DNA of 64,000 nucleotides from Octopus sinensis (GCF_006345805.1 NC_043002.1:53072001-53136000), one strand, 5' to 3'. Shown: positions 1-13,465, counted from the stretch's first letter. Made by a program: numbers and translations. Notes: generated by a model not told the origin, from the letters alone.

Positions 1-233
1 CAAGTTGAAGAACTGCCTCTAATATGATTTACTACACACTATGCTCTTTAAATTGAGATAAATAACTGAAACACCTCCAAATACAAATAACTTGAATGAA
101 AAAAAATTAAACAAAAATAAATAAATAAATAAATAAAATTTCACTTGTACTTCTGTGTAGAAGGGAAGACATTTAAAATACTAGGCTTAAGATATAAGCC
201 AAATGATTGAAACAAGTAAAAAAATAAAAGAAT

Positions 234-421
234 GCATAGGAGTGGTTGTGTGGTAGTAAGTAGCTTGCTTACCAACCACATGGTTCCGGGTTCAGTTCCA
301 CTGCGTGGCACCTTGAGCAAGTGTCTTCTACTATAGCCTCAGGCCAACGAAAGCCTTGTGAGTGGATTTGGTAGACGGAAACTGAAAGAAGCCTGTCGTA
401 TATACACACACACATAAATAA

Positions 422-455
<34 letters not shown>

Positions 456-690
456 ATGTTTGTGTTTGTTTGTTTGTCCCCCCCCCCCCCAACATCAGTT
501 GACAACTGATGCTGGTGTGTTTACGTCTCCATAACTTAATGGTTCGGTAAAAGGAGCCCGATAGAATAAGTACTAGGCTTTACAATGAGTAAGTCCTGGG
601 GTCGATTTTTTCTCGACTAAAGGCAGTGCTCCAGCATGGCCGCAGTCAAATGACTGAAACAAGTAAAAGAGTAAAGAGAGTAAAAAGAGT
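234..690 (+). mobile_element. tRNA-derived SINE family A, full length
   Basis: Head ggagtggttgtgtggtaagtagcttgc...ggttccgggttcagttcc (A/B-box-like), internal (TA)n(TG)n, tail gtgctccagcatggccgcagtcaaatgactgaaacaagta; near-identical to copies at 8833 and 57012. Confidence 0.9.
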
Positions 691-976
691 AAGTCTTGGC
701 ATTCTAAGTAACACTGGAAACATGGCAACATTTGACAATTTTTGTACAGTGCACTATAAAAAAAATGTTTAAAAAGAATATCTAATCCAATTTTTAAAAT
801 GTGAGAGAGTGAATAAATGAATTAGTGATTGTGTGTTCACTATGTTTATATAAATATATGCTATTTATATAAATGTAAGGTCCTATGATGCTGAAATTTT
901 AAATATATTCACCAAACTAAAGCAATACAACCTATACAGATTTACAACCTCAAATTTCTAGAAAGAAAAGAAGTAT

Positions 977-984
<8 letters not shown>

Positions 985-1054
<70 letters not shown>

Positions 1055-1152
1055 GTGTGTACATATATATATATATATATGTCTTCATCTTTTCTTTTTC
1101 TGTAAATTTCAACTACATATATATATATATATATATAATATATATATATATT
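985..1152. repeat. Compound (TG)n/(TA)n/(TATG)n microsatellite
   Basis: Direct reading. Confidence 0.95.
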
Positions 1153-1251
1153 AATGTCTGTTTTTATGTTACGATAAAAACAATTTTACATTAATCTGAT
1201 GGGTGAGTCTATACTTTGGTAAAGTACAAATTTATTATTCTTAAACAAAAA

Positions 1252-1342
1252 TCTTGTTGACTGACTTCAAAGTTTTGGCTAGCTTAGCAATTGTCTACCA
1301 ATGGCTTGGCTGGCTGAAACTTCGAAGTCATTGTCAATAAGA
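1252..1342 (+). ncRNA. Candidate pre-miRNA-like hairpin
   Basis: 27-bp upper stem (21 WC, 4 GU, 2 mismatches) plus 10-bp lower stem after a 2-nt bulge; no expression evidence. Confidence 0.35.
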
Positions 1343-1566
1343 CTCTCGAGCTTGACAATTTTACCACTCAGGTTTCAGCTCTTATCGTTAATCACATTAA
1401 ACTCCTACTGTTGCATGATCATACAGGATTTTTATGCATGCTGCTTATATGAAGTGCATCTATGGATAACATTTATAGTCAGGCATCATTTATTACCAAA
1501 TACTTAAACATATGTAACAAGTGAAATAAAGGAAGTCCATGTTTTTTTCTCTCATTACAGGTCTCT

Positions 1567-1733
1567 GCAGAGTGGTTAGTGTTAGGAAGGGCATCCAGCT
1601 GTAAAAATCATACCAAAACAGACACAGAAGTTTGGTACAGTCTTCTGCCTGGCCAGCTCCTGTCCAACCATTCAGATTATGCCAGCATGGAAGGCGGACA
1701 TTAAACGTTGACAATGAAGATGGTGTTGATGAC
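1567..1733 (+). mobile_element. Family B (RTE-tail) element, 3' fragment
   Basis: gttaggaagggcatccagctgtaaaa...gccagcatggaaggcggacattaaacg followed by a (gat)n-like tail. Confidence 0.8.
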
Positions 1734-2765
1734 ATACACACACATGTATGTATGCATGTATGTGTCTATGTATGTAAATGCATGTATATTTTTAGTTATA
1801 GTAGTTGATGTATGAGAACAAAGTTGAAAAGTCTACAATCACATTCAACAATTTATTTCTTTTTTATTGCTAAGTAAGAAGGAAAAGAGCAGCATTTATG
1901 ATACTATTCAGAGCTTATGAGACTGATGAGTAAGAAAGGTAGATATTACTGTTAGACTGGGGATTTGGCTGACCTGCTTACAACAAGGTAAACTTCATTA
2001 GAGTTCGATAAAGCTCATACCAGCTCTTATCTCACCATCGATGTGGTAACAAACAATATGATATCAACCAATGCATCCATTTTGTAAGCATTTGCAATTC
2101 CAGAATTAGTACAGTTGCTTAGTTTTATTTTGGAATCGGTTGGTTGACAAATAAATATAAATCACTGAGATGTGTTCAAACAAACTGAATGAAGAAAATA
2201 AGAGAAAAAAAAATGGGGTAAACACAAGTTGGTCTTCGTTACAGAGAAGACATTTGAAAGCTATTCCTATTGTCTTTCACTAAATATTCTTTCAGATACA
2301 ATCTATTTCCTAACGACACTATGTTTTGCACAAGTTGTCTCTCTCTTTCTGCTGCCTCCTACAACTATAAACTAAAAATAACTTAAATTGTTATCTTGGC
2401 TGCTGCTTTCAATAATAGATTGCAATTTATATAACATTCTGCAATGACAGGGGAGAATCAGAGGTGGGGGCAAAAGAATAAAGACGATTGAATTAATGTT
2501 TTTGGTAAGGATATTTAAAACCAATAATCAAACTAGTCAGATAAATTTATTTGATTCAACAGTCAGATCAGATGATTGCTGTTCTAGTCTTTTATTCTTT
2601 TACTGGTCTCAGTCATCAGACTGCAGCCATAACAGGGCACTGCCTTCAAAGACTTTAGCCAATTATATTGACCCTTCTCTGCCACTGGCGCTTTGCTTTG
2701 TAATAATTCTCTAATTCTATAAGCAGGAGATGAAAGGCAAAAGGTTGGCTGGTTGTAGAAATAAT

Positions 2766-2977
2766 TTAACCCATTTGATACCAACCTACCTGAGACCGCC
2801 TTTGGTTCTATGATATAAAAGTCCTATTTCAAAGAGATTTAAATTAAAACCTATCAAATTTTATGTTGATTAATGTTCCAAATACCAGCTATTCCACTAA
2901 AGTCTTCAATATTTTCAAAATCAACAGAAATAAAGGCAGTATATGCCAACAAAAATATGCTCACAAAAAATAATTAA
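2766..2977. mobile_element. TTAA-type (piggyBac-like) MITE, degenerate
   Basis: Begins ttaacccatttgatacc; internal similarity to the 15128 copy. Confidence 0.55.
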
Positions 2978-3016
2978 GAAATATTTTCAGAATTGTGAGA
3001 GCATCAGATGAAATGC

Positions 3017-3230
3017 TTAACGCTTTAGCATTCAGATTACTCTGTGATGATTATATTTTTTACATTGTTTTGAATTAATCATGCATTATCTTATAGCTTC
3101 AAGGCTTTGATGATGTGATTTCTTTATGTTTTTAGAATGGCATAGTAGAGTAGGTGTGAGAGGCCAAATTTGGTTGGTTTTAGAACATAAAACAGAATAT
3201 TTTGGCTGGAAATAGCTGGTTTAAATACTA
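3017..3230. mobile_element. TTAA-type MITE, 18776 subfamily, right end eroded
   Basis: ttaacgctttagcattc...gctggtttaaatacta; collinear with 18776-19003. Confidence 0.7.
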
Positions 3231-3819
3231 TTATTCCGGATTCTAACATTCTAAGTTCAAATCCTACTCAGGTCAACTTTTTTTCTGGGGTCAATAAAAT
3301 AAAATAGCATTCAAGTCTTGAAACTGATCTGATTGATTGCCCCATTCCACCAAATCTGATGTCTATGCAAGAAATCAATATCAACATTTTCAGAAAGAAC
3401 CTGATCTATGGGTGGGAAAGGAAGTAAACAAAGGAAATGGCACAAAAGAAAGTATTAAGAGATTTGAATAATTATCATGTCTAAAGGACTTCAAATAGTA
3501 ATTAAAAAACAATAAATAAATAAAGCTTCAGATCTAAGAAATCCTTTTAATAATTAAAAATACCAAAATATTTGTAGAAACTTAAGACAGAAAATTGATT
3601 CCAATGATAATGTTTCCACCCACCCAAGCACCCATCCATCCATCAATCAATCAATCAGTATATAGGCAGTGGTTATGTTATGTCTTGCATTAATGAAAAC
3701 GCCAGTAGCCTGGTGGTTTGACATTCAAAGATATGGAATAAATAAAGTACCTTACATGAAAACAAGCAAGGGTTTTGGCATTTCAAAGGGTACAAGCTGT
3801 AGAATACTGCTTCAAGAAA

Positions 3820-3956
3820 TCTCATCCAACAAATGCCAGGAAATACTGTTCACAACTTTTTGAGTTATTTTGCACACAGAGGGACAAACGGAGGGAAAGA
3901 CAGACAAACCAATGCCGATGAAAACATAACCACCATACCTTGGTGGAGGTAAAAAC
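3820..3956 (+). mobile_element. Helentron-associated (HINE/DINE-1-like) 3' fragment
   Basis: GGAC/GACA-type microrepeat then ccacca/tggtgg hairpin ending ggaggtaaaaa; same end as the 6022 element. Confidence 0.45.
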
Positions 3957-4493
3957 ACAGTGTAGAAAACTTTATAAAAATATGAGAGCAGCCAAAGCAA
4001 TAATAAAAATCAAATCCTAACTATTCTCTCTCAATCTTGATGTTAGAAAATGTTAATCCTTCAGAAAAATATCAAAAGTTCAAAGCATCAGTGTTAAACT
4101 CTGGTTCTTGTAAAGTAGAAGAGAAAGTTCTTTGGTTAGGAAGCTAGTCTGCAACAGAAACATTTTACCCAAGAGGGTTAAGTAATCTGTTTTCGAATGA
4201 AGTAAACTGACACATATAGAATTGAATGTCTTGCCAGCAGCAAACAAAATATCTGCCACACTACATATACTTGTGACCATTGAACAGTTGTCTCTCGCAA
4301 TATCCATGCAACTATTCCCCCCCCCCCCAGGATAATATTCTGCTTTTGCAAACCAGCCAGGGAGCATTGACATAGTTGTTTGACCTATTCAAAATATCAG
4401 AGAAATTTCCCTCAAATCATACACTACCAGCTTAAAAATAAAAGTACATTTTAGACAAAAAAAAAAGACCCAATGGAAGATCTTTCAGATTGC

Positions 4494-4721
4494 TTAACAC
4501 TTTCATTACCAACCTGGCTGAAACCGGCTCTGGCTCTGAGTACAAATGTCTTGTTTTCATAAGTTTTGAATTAAAATCTTCCACCAAACCTTAGTCACAA
4601 TTTATGTTCCTAACACTAGTTGAATGATAACTAAGTTATTTTACTAAATTTTTTGTCATATTTAAAATAATTGAAAGAAACACATAGAATCTCAAAATAA
4701 ATACAGTAACAAAAGGGTTAA
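4494..4721. mobile_element. TTAA-type MITE
   Basis: ttaacactttcattac ... gtaacaaaagggttaa termini. Confidence 0.75.
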
Positions 4722-5105
4722 GCAAGATTCTGCTTTTAATTCTAGAAACTTGCATCTTGAAACAGAAAATTAATGGCACCACAATAAAATGCACCTAGCA
4801 CATTCTGTAAAGTGGTTGGTGAATGAAAAACACAGAGAGGACTTTTGCAAAGGAACAAGATAACCTTGCTTCATACTAGGAGAAAATGAAATGCATGCAG
4901 AGCACTCTATGAAATAATTGGCAGTAGGAAGGATAACATGAGCTAAAAATGGATAACATGAGTAGGATGGGGTTTGTGACTCTTCTACAAGTGCAATAAA
5001 TTTGAATAACTGGCAGAGTCCAAGATGACCTGCCAGCCCATGCTAGCATAGAAAAGCATATGTCAAATAATGATAATAATGCATACACACAGAGACATGC
5101 TTGCG

Positions 5106-5222
5106 CATTAGTTTACGGGTTTGTAAATCTATTTAGATCAGTTTGATCTCCTCGGAACTAATCTGATTAGTTCCAGAGGGATAAAAATGATCAAAACTGG
5201 TTTACAAATCCATAAAGTAGTG
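5106..5222. repeat. Palindromic foldback element
   Basis: 52-bp arms, 40/52 complementary without gaps; perfect centre ggaactaatc-t-gattagttcc. Confidence 0.85.
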
Positions 5223-6021
5223 TATAAATAAACATATTTAACTCGAAATTTTGTAAATGCTCTTGTGTCTTTAAACCAAATGAACACAGCTTGAAACGCA
5301 CACTCGCACACACATATACATATGTACACATACACACAGAGAGACTTATTAATTATATCATTATGCATTACCTACTGTATAAATAAACACAGATTAATTA
5401 GTAGTACAAATATAAAATACCCAATTAAGACAATTTGTTTCTAATATCAATTTCAACAGAAGCATGGTTGACGGTGGAGAGACAAGAGGGGCAAAAATGC
5501 CGAGTGGTATTTATTTACATCTCTTTATACTCTCAGTTCAAATCAAGCAGTGATCGATGTTGTCATTTTATCTTCCCAGCTTTTATTGATTCAGTACTAC
5601 TTGAGTATTAGTGGGTAGTATAAACAACTATACCCACCCCCAACAATAAATAAATAAATAAATAAACGTGGCCTTGTACCGCCATCAGACTTCAGTATCA
5701 ATTTTGATAGACTGAAAGTAAGATATAAACAAGTAAAGCGAAAAATCTGGGAAGGAGGGATTGCTTGAAGAAGCACTAGTCTGCACACTTTTTGGTTAAC
5801 TAGTGATTAACTCATGCATATGGAATTATGATCAAGAACATTAATATATATATACACACATACACACAACTGGCGTAACAGAATAATACAGGATAAACTG
5901 TATTAATAACATTATTACCGGAGGTTTACATCAAACAGCAATGCATATGGACAGATGCATTCATTATGGATAGATGCATTCATATAGACACAAGCAAGCA
6001 TAAATAAATAAAACACAGACA

Positions 6022-6392
6022 TAAACAAGAGCACTCACAGAGTGCAAACCTCTGCCAAGGAAATATCAATGCCCTCTCAATGATTAACCAGAGATGATTT
6101 TTAAAATGAGAATATCTGAAATAAACTCAATTGCTCTCTCAAACAAGAATACTAAAAATGAACCCAACCACTCTCAAAAATTAAGTAAAAAGAAATGGAA
6201 AAATAGTCCAGAATCCTTGTCCGGAACCTGATTGATCCCATAATCTAATCAATTTGTGCCAGTCATGAGGCCAAACATACCTGAAAGTTTCATCCGAATC
6301 CATTCAGTAGCTCTTGAGATATCTTGTCCATGGACAAACAACAAATGTGACTGAAAACAATACTTCCGCCTTTGCTAAGGTGGAGGTAATAA
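6022..6392 (+). mobile_element. Helentron-associated (HINE/DINE-1-like) non-autonomous element
   Basis: 5' aaacaagagcactca; internal tttcatccgaatcc...gagatatc block; 3' 11-bp stem-loop acttccgcctt-tgct-aaggtggaggt (6362-6387). Confidence 0.5.
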
Positions 6393-6459
6393 ACACATAC
6401 ACATTTGGATGTCTGTGTATGTATGTGTACATATATATATATATTTTTTATACATATTG

Positions 6460-6650
6460 GCACCTATGCTGGTGGCGCATAAAAGGCACCATTCAAGCAT
6501 TGGGCCTCATGAAGGCAGTGACAGGTAACCAAGACCTTTGGATATATACTGTGCTTGTGTAGACCTGTTAAACCAAGTGAGACTGTAGTCATGGCTGATG
6601 CCAGTGCTGGTGGCACGTAAAAAACTCCCACTGCACTCTCGAAGTGGTTA
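6460..6650 (+). mobile_element. Family B (RTE-tail) fragment
   Basis: Encodes AVTGNQDLWIYTVL, matching the RTE C-terminal peptide also seen at ~27900-27960; tgtaaaaa-type repeat units. Confidence 0.7.
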
Positions 6651-6879
6651 GTGAAATAAATGAATGTATTGAAGCAGTGTGTCAGTGTATGTATACACAT
6701 GCACATGTTATACTGTGAATTAAATTGCATGACATACAACCACTACTTAGAACACCATGTGCAGCATCCTTTTACATTGAATGAGAAAGGTATGAAGAGA
6801 CCCAGAGTTTCATCCTTGGAAAGAAAAAGGAAAATAGAAAAGGGTTTTTGACATTTCAAACATAGAGTCCTTCACCAGC

Positions 6880-7272
6880 AAAACAAAAAGGAAAAGATTG
6901 AGAAGGGTGGTGGAAAAGAGGGAAGAGAATAAGAGAAGAGAGGTTAGGGGCCAGGTGGGAAAGCAGTTCTATAGGGAGTTGCTAAGAAGAGAGGCAGAGG
7001 CAGGGAGATGTGTGCATATAAAGGAGAGCATCTGTGTAAGGAGATGGTTATAGAGAGAGGGGTGTGAGCAGTGTGGGGTACAGGTGGCTGGCTGGGAGGG
7101 AATGGGGCTTGAGTGGGATGTGAATATGGTAAAGGTGTGAGGAAAGCATGGAAGCAGAAGAAAATGAAGGAAACACTAGAGAAAAATAGTGCAGTAGGTA
7201 AAACAAAAAAATTAAGGTGAGTGTATGTGAGAGAGAGTGTATGTGTGTGTATACATACATACATACATACAT

Positions 7273-7345
<73 letters not shown>
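6880..7345. repeat. Purine/G-rich low-complexity tract followed by (TACA)n(CA)n(TA)n
   Basis: Direct reading. Confidence 0.8.
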
Positions 7346-8832
7346 GACCTTAATTAACAGATTTAATATTTAGTCTATATTGCAGTTTTATGACTATACA
7401 TCTTGACACAAACAGATACATAAGGCTATTGCGCTCGTAGCATGGTAGATAAAAAAAAAATATCCAGGTGACTTCCTAATCCACAGTCAGTCATACTAAA
7501 GAGCAGCTTGTATGTTAAATCAAAAGCTTTAATTAATATTCAGGTAAATATAATTACACTTTCAAAATATTAAATAAGTATGAGGCAAATGTTTGGCAGC
7601 ATCTATTGATTTTTTCCTATGTATGTGATCACAGAAAATCACAAAAAAATAATAGATTTTTTTCTTTTTATAGACAAAGGCAAACTAGGATATTTTACAT
7701 ATTATATATTATTCACACTTCCATACACGCATTTGTAGTTTGATACTATGTATTTACATGCACAAAATATCTTCAGTGTTATTCTACACCTGTGAGAATT
7801 TCCAATATTTACTGAATTTATGAAATTAGATGAGCTGATATCTTCAATAATTTAGTCTAACTAAGAACAGGTTATAAGTACAACATCCGCATTAAATGCA
7901 ATTAGATAAATTAGGTTTTAGTTCTCTAGCAACATGATTTACTCGGTAATATATTCTCTACACAGGTATTATTCTATTCATTAACCAGTTCCAGTACCAG
8001 CAGTTTGTCTGATACTTAATTTTATTTCAACAACCTCAAAAGAAGAAAAGACAAAGTTGACTTCAGAGTAGCATTTGAACTACATGGCATAAAGAGCCAT
8101 ATTAAAGACGACAGCTAGGCTAATAAGAGACGTTCAATAGTTTCTAAATATCAGAGATGCAAATGAAAAGAAATAACTATAACTTGTAATTGAAAATAAA
8201 TGATATTTTCGTTGTATCATATTTTGTAAATGTCTTTTTCCCCACTTTCTTCCCATTTGTTGCATAGTTTACATAAACAATGGAGCGATGCAGTTTTAAT
8301 TGTGCTAACTTTCAGGACAAGATCTTCACAAACCAATGAGGAGGATCATGCAACCACTCAAGACTGGATAAAAGAGAAGGAATTGTGACAAGTGGAATGC
8401 TTTTGATCATAGATCTACTTTATCATGGCTGATCCAGGGCTAAACAATAGCAATATCACCTTCGTATAAGGATTCATGGGAAGACACAGTCTTGTTATCT
8501 TGCTTCCAATTTCTAACTGCATGAAAGGAGTGGTGGGCAATGATGCTTGCTAATCAAATGTTCTTTGATGAAACTATGAAAAACACTACCATCTGTGTGG
8601 GTTTTCTCCTAGTTCTCTTGTCTTTTCTGTCAATAAAGGACTACACTGTGCAACATGTCCTTCTCTAACACCTAAAAAATAAACTTATTAAGCAGTGGAC
8701 AATGGGAAGGAAAGAAAAAAAGAGTGAAAAATATTTTTTAAACCTTTATAAGGAAAAGTGCAAGATATAGAAAGTTTGCAAGGCGAAAGTGTTTTGAATT
8801 GTTTTCCTTACAATATAGAGGTTTCTTAAATA

Positions 8833-8997
8833 TAGGCGCAGGAGTGGCTGTGTGGTAAGTAGCTTGCTAACCAACCACATGGTTCCGGGTTCAGTCCCAC
8901 TGTGTGGCATCTTGGACAAGTGACTTCTGCTAAAGCCCTGGGCCGACCAATGCCTTGTGAGTGGATATGGTAGACGGAAACTGAAAGAAGCCTGTCG

Positions 8998-9045
<48 letters not shown>

Positions 9046-9206
9046 TGTGTCTGTGTTTGTCCCCCTAGCATTGCTTGACAACCGATGCTGGTGTGTTTAT
9101 GTTTGGCAAAAAGGGACCGATAGAATAAGTCCCGGGTTCGATTTGCTCGACTAAAGGCAGTGCTCCAGCATGGCCGCAGTCAAATGACTGAAACAAGTAA
9201 TAGAGT
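8833..9206 (+). mobile_element. SINE family A with two small internal deletions
   Basis: Collinear with 57012-57397 but lacks two short 3' segments. Confidence 0.9.
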
Positions 9207-10204
9207 AATGTATACATGCTTACATGTGATTCTATATGCATATATGAGTATAAGTGTGTGTTGGTGGTGGGGACTGTATGTATGAATTCATAGCGTTCTA
9301 AATAAGGCACAAAGACTACTTCTGAAATTCTATGTCAATAACTGTCATTTGTTTGTGTGTACCTTTCTGCATGTATGTATGCATGCGCATGCCTTGTGAA
9401 AAATGCATGCATGGAATTCTAAATATGGCGCAATGATTCCAGAAATTTGATGTCAGCAGCAGGCTATCTTATTACCATCTTTGATCTGGCAAGAAGTGTT
9501 CAGCCAAAGTGTTAATGTTCATCTGCACATTTCTCAAGTTAAATATAAAACAAGTACTTTGAAGAGAAGGCAAGTGTCAGATGAAACAAATGATCTCTTA
9601 CAAATTAATGGAACAGATTTGTGCTATACTGCACAGAACTGAAGCAAAGCTGGCAAACTGTCATAATTAAATGCAAAAACACCTACGGTATCATATGCTG
9701 ATAATAGTCACTTTTGCTAGCAACCATAATTGGATACCACAAAATACATGATGCATATGATAACTTATATACACATAAATGTAATAATGGCTTAGTACAT
9801 TTAAATATCTTGCAAATTTCCATTTATTTAATATCTATTACATTTTTTCCAACAATTGTTTAATGAAATATTTGTTCTAAAATACTCAGAATTGTCTTAA
9901 AGTAAGTAGATACTTGCCATAGTGTCTATAGTCTGATTCCTAAAGATTGAACTAATCTATATTTATCGGATTAACGTGAGCTAACACATGCAAGATCAAT
10001 AGAGACTTAAAATGTATAAAAAAAAGAAGAAAAAGAGAAAAAAAGTCAAGAATAAGATAGAAAATAAAAACAAAACAGAAATAAAGAAGAAAACAAGAGC
10101 ACTATGTTTACTTATATAAAATCAGTTAGATGGCTGAAGAAAATCATGTGTTTACTTGATCTGCTAGAAATAACAGTCAAATTGCCTTCAAATTACACCC
10201 TTCC

Positions 10205-10638
10205 TAGGCACAGGTATGGATGTGTGGTAAGAAGCTTGCTTCCCAACCACATGGTTCAAGGTTCAGCTCCACTATGTGGCACCTTGGCCAAGTGTCTTCT
10301 ACTATAGCCACAGGCCAGACAAAGCTTTATGAATGGAATTGGTAGACGGAAACTGAAAGAAGCCAGTTGTAAATATACATATATATATGTTTATATCTAT
10401 GCGTGTGCCTTTGTGTCTGTGTTTGTGTGTGTGTGTGTCTTTGAGTCCCCACCACCATCACTGCATGAAAACCAGTGTTGGTGAGTTTACGCTTCTGTGA
10501 CTTAGCAGTTCAGCAAAATAAACCAATAGAATAACTATTAGGCTTTAAAAAAAACAAGTCCTGGCTGTTGATTTGTTAGACTGAAACCATTCAAGGCGGT
10601 GCTCCAATGACTGAGACAAGTAAAAGAACAAAAGAATA
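10205..10638 (+). mobile_element. SINE family A, older copy
   Basis: Head, ggtagacggaaactgaaagaagcc core and tail all recognisable. Confidence 0.85.
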
Positions 10639-10994
10639 CCCTTTCAAAAAGTAACCCTACACTTACTGAATGGTCATGGCTATGATGCTTTTGATCATAA
10701 GCCTACTTGATCAAGAGTGACCTAGGGTTAAATACAGAAACCAGCAATCAGGTGTCTTTGTTGTCCTTTTTTTCAACTTACTCTGAAATGGGGGGGAGGG
10801 GGATATTATTAGAAAAATGTTTAACCTTTCAGCATTTCAGGCATGTTTACAGAAGATGAAAAAAAAAGGTACTCTGATTGCATGATAGTGGCATTCATTT
10901 ACAACTATCACACAATGTTATAGCAAGGAGACAGTAACACACATGGATATGTGTATGTGTGTATGTATGTATATATATATATATATATAAATAA

Positions 10995-11140
10995 CAGGCT
11001 TCTTTCAGTTTCCATCAACCAAATCTTTGGTCACTCCAGGAGCTATATCAGAAGACACTTGCCCAAAGTGCCATACAGCATGATTAAACCTGGAACCATG
11101 TGGTTGGCAAGCAAACTTCCTGCCACACATCTATACCTAT
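10995..11140 (-). mobile_element. SINE family A, 5' half
   Basis: ggcttctttcagtttcc...acacttgcccaaagtgcc...accatgtggttgg. Confidence 0.8.
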
Positions 11141-12655
11141 GTCTCTCTCATTCTCTGCACATGTATGTATATATATATATATACACACACATCCGTAATG
11201 AAAGAAATGAGGCTCCATATATGTTGTAGAATATAATTGTGTACAACTAGTTCTTCTCTTTGTTGCTTTTCATATTTTTCAGCTGCATTTGATGTGTGTT
11301 TCTATGTATGTATGTAAGAAATATATGTAAATATTAAAAGATTCTTGTCAATATTATCTTCTGACCATTCAATCCTAGCTTAGGACTGTCTACAGTAGCA
11401 GAAGTCTGCTGTCCATATTACATCTAAGACTAAATTTCTAGTTTGCTTTAAATGATTCTACGAAATGCCTCTATATACTGTTTACAGTAAATCGGTAGAG
11501 ATTTATCAGAAGAAGCAATATAAATAAGAACATAAATTTCTCTAAGGATTTCTGAGAAATAGTTTAGAATGTAAACCAAGGGAAACCAAGAAAGTACACC
11601 AATCACAAACTCTTCTTTAGCTCACTGCTTCTCAAACAAATCTAAGGTGTTGGTCACTTTAGTTACTGATGTGTAATGTTCATCATTTGAAAGTCAGCTT
11701 AACTAGCATGTTGGAAAACAGAACAAAAACAAAATTCTGTTTTATCTCAGTGATCGCAGAGTTCAGTTCTGCCCAACAGCTAGTTAAGCCAATTCCCCTC
11801 CACCATTCTAACTGTACATGAGCAGAAGCAGATTATTAGTTGATATAGAAAAGACAACTAGATTGAACCACTTTACAAAGAGGGCAATATCTACTGTCAT
11901 TTGTGAAACAAGATGAGAGAGGTCCATATGTCACTTATGGCTGGTTAGCTGATGAAAAAATATTTTTTTATAACACCTGATTGAGGAATAATATTTAGAA
12001 TATAATCAAAAGCAAATCTAAAATCTAAATAAAATATATAGATAAACATAACATGAAGTTACAGGGGTTATGTGAAAGCCAAGATTAGGAAAGAAAAAAG
12101 ATTACCTTAGAGAAAGAGAAAATATATCTGAACAAAATCTAAAAGTGAATGAGGTATATTTGGCGATGAGTAAGATATCTTCAAAAGAAATGATTCAACA
12201 TGAGAATACAATTTTTGCACAAAATAATCTTTGTAATGATCTTAGAATGTATATAGACTGAATATATTCCTTCATATCTGTGTAATGGCAGATATGATTC
12301 TTGTTTGTTCCCATATGACTTGTATGAAGAAAATAAAAATCCACAAACTTAAGCCATATATGTAAACATACATACATGCATTATATACATGCAAATAGTC
12401 AACATTATACTTTGATTGTAAGTTTCTTTTTCCAGCATACTAAGTTTATGAGCTGGTTTCTATTTCTGATTAGAACTACTTCACTTTCCATCCTCAGTAA
12501 AATGGCCTTAGAAAAGGCATGCTTGAAAGTCTTTGACATCATAAGAGTTAATCACATCAAACAATGGTAGTTAATTACACACAAAGAGCCAAACAACTTT
12601 CTTGTATGCCTAAATACTTAACTATATACAAGCATGAATTTACACACACACACAC

Positions 12656-12691
<36 letters not shown>

Positions 12692-13465
12692 ATTACATAC
12701 ATGTATGTGTGGGAGTTGCAGAACTATTAAGGCTATATAAAGGACAGCCGTTATTAAATCTTCAGAGGAAGTCCTCTAACAAAAGAATGTATGTAACATA
12801 GAGATTAGGGAATAAATGACAAAGTAATGGACAGAAAGCTTAACATTAATGGAAATTTATTGCTCTCTGGAGAGTGACACATTTGAAACAATATAATACT
12901 CTCCTTACATCAGTAAACATACTAAACATAAGGAAACTCTGAGAGAAGAAATAACACGTATTAATAGTAAAAAGGCAAACAGTTTTAAATGTGCAAAACA
13001 ACATAAAATTGCATGATTTTGCGGCATTTAACAGAATTAGAAGATTAAGTATTGTGATAATAAGATAAAAGCAAAAATTCAAAGAACTCAATAGCCACCA
13101 TTAAGTAAATCTAATTCTTACGCAGCCATCATGTTTGTATGCTTACATAAGTTGGCAGGATTTGTAATACAGCATAATTTTATGTGGTTATTTCTTTAAT
13201 GCACTGAATGACCTTCAGCATTAGCTGGATGCAGAGAGTAACCAAAGAGCAACTCTTATACTAACCTCCCCACTAAATGACTAATGTCATAGCAGGAAGT
13301 CATCTGCAGTTTGTTTGGCACTGTCTGAATTACCCAGGGGTAATCAATCCTCTGCCAAAATTGTCATTTCAGAACCAACCCACTACTAGAATGAATTGTG
13401 AGCATCTTTCCAAAACCATGACCAAGATTGACAGAGACAAGTATCTTTTATTATTATTTTGCATC

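Noticed and set aside
1911-2016. Weak inverted repeat gagctt...aagctc and a ctgatgag-taa-gaaag hammerhead-like string
   Set aside because: Many bulges; no stem II or III, so compatible with chance
4080-4373. 97-aa minus-strand ORF
   Set aside because: No recognisable motif or convincing splice sites; adjacent to SINE remnants
269-9154. ORFs with HTHT/YIYI/CVCV runs and RLLSVSVY...PEPCGW motifs (also 30468-30941, 56948-57229)
   Set aside because: Translations of microsatellites and SINE family A, not genes
9224-9322. Minus-strand exon-like segment (atttcag...cat|gtaagc; VVFVPYLERYEF...)
   Set aside because: Second half is simple repeat running into a SINE tail; no supporting neighbours
9516-9588. 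Possible hairpin ttcatctg...cagatgaa
   Set aside because: Large internal loops; much weaker than the reported hairpins
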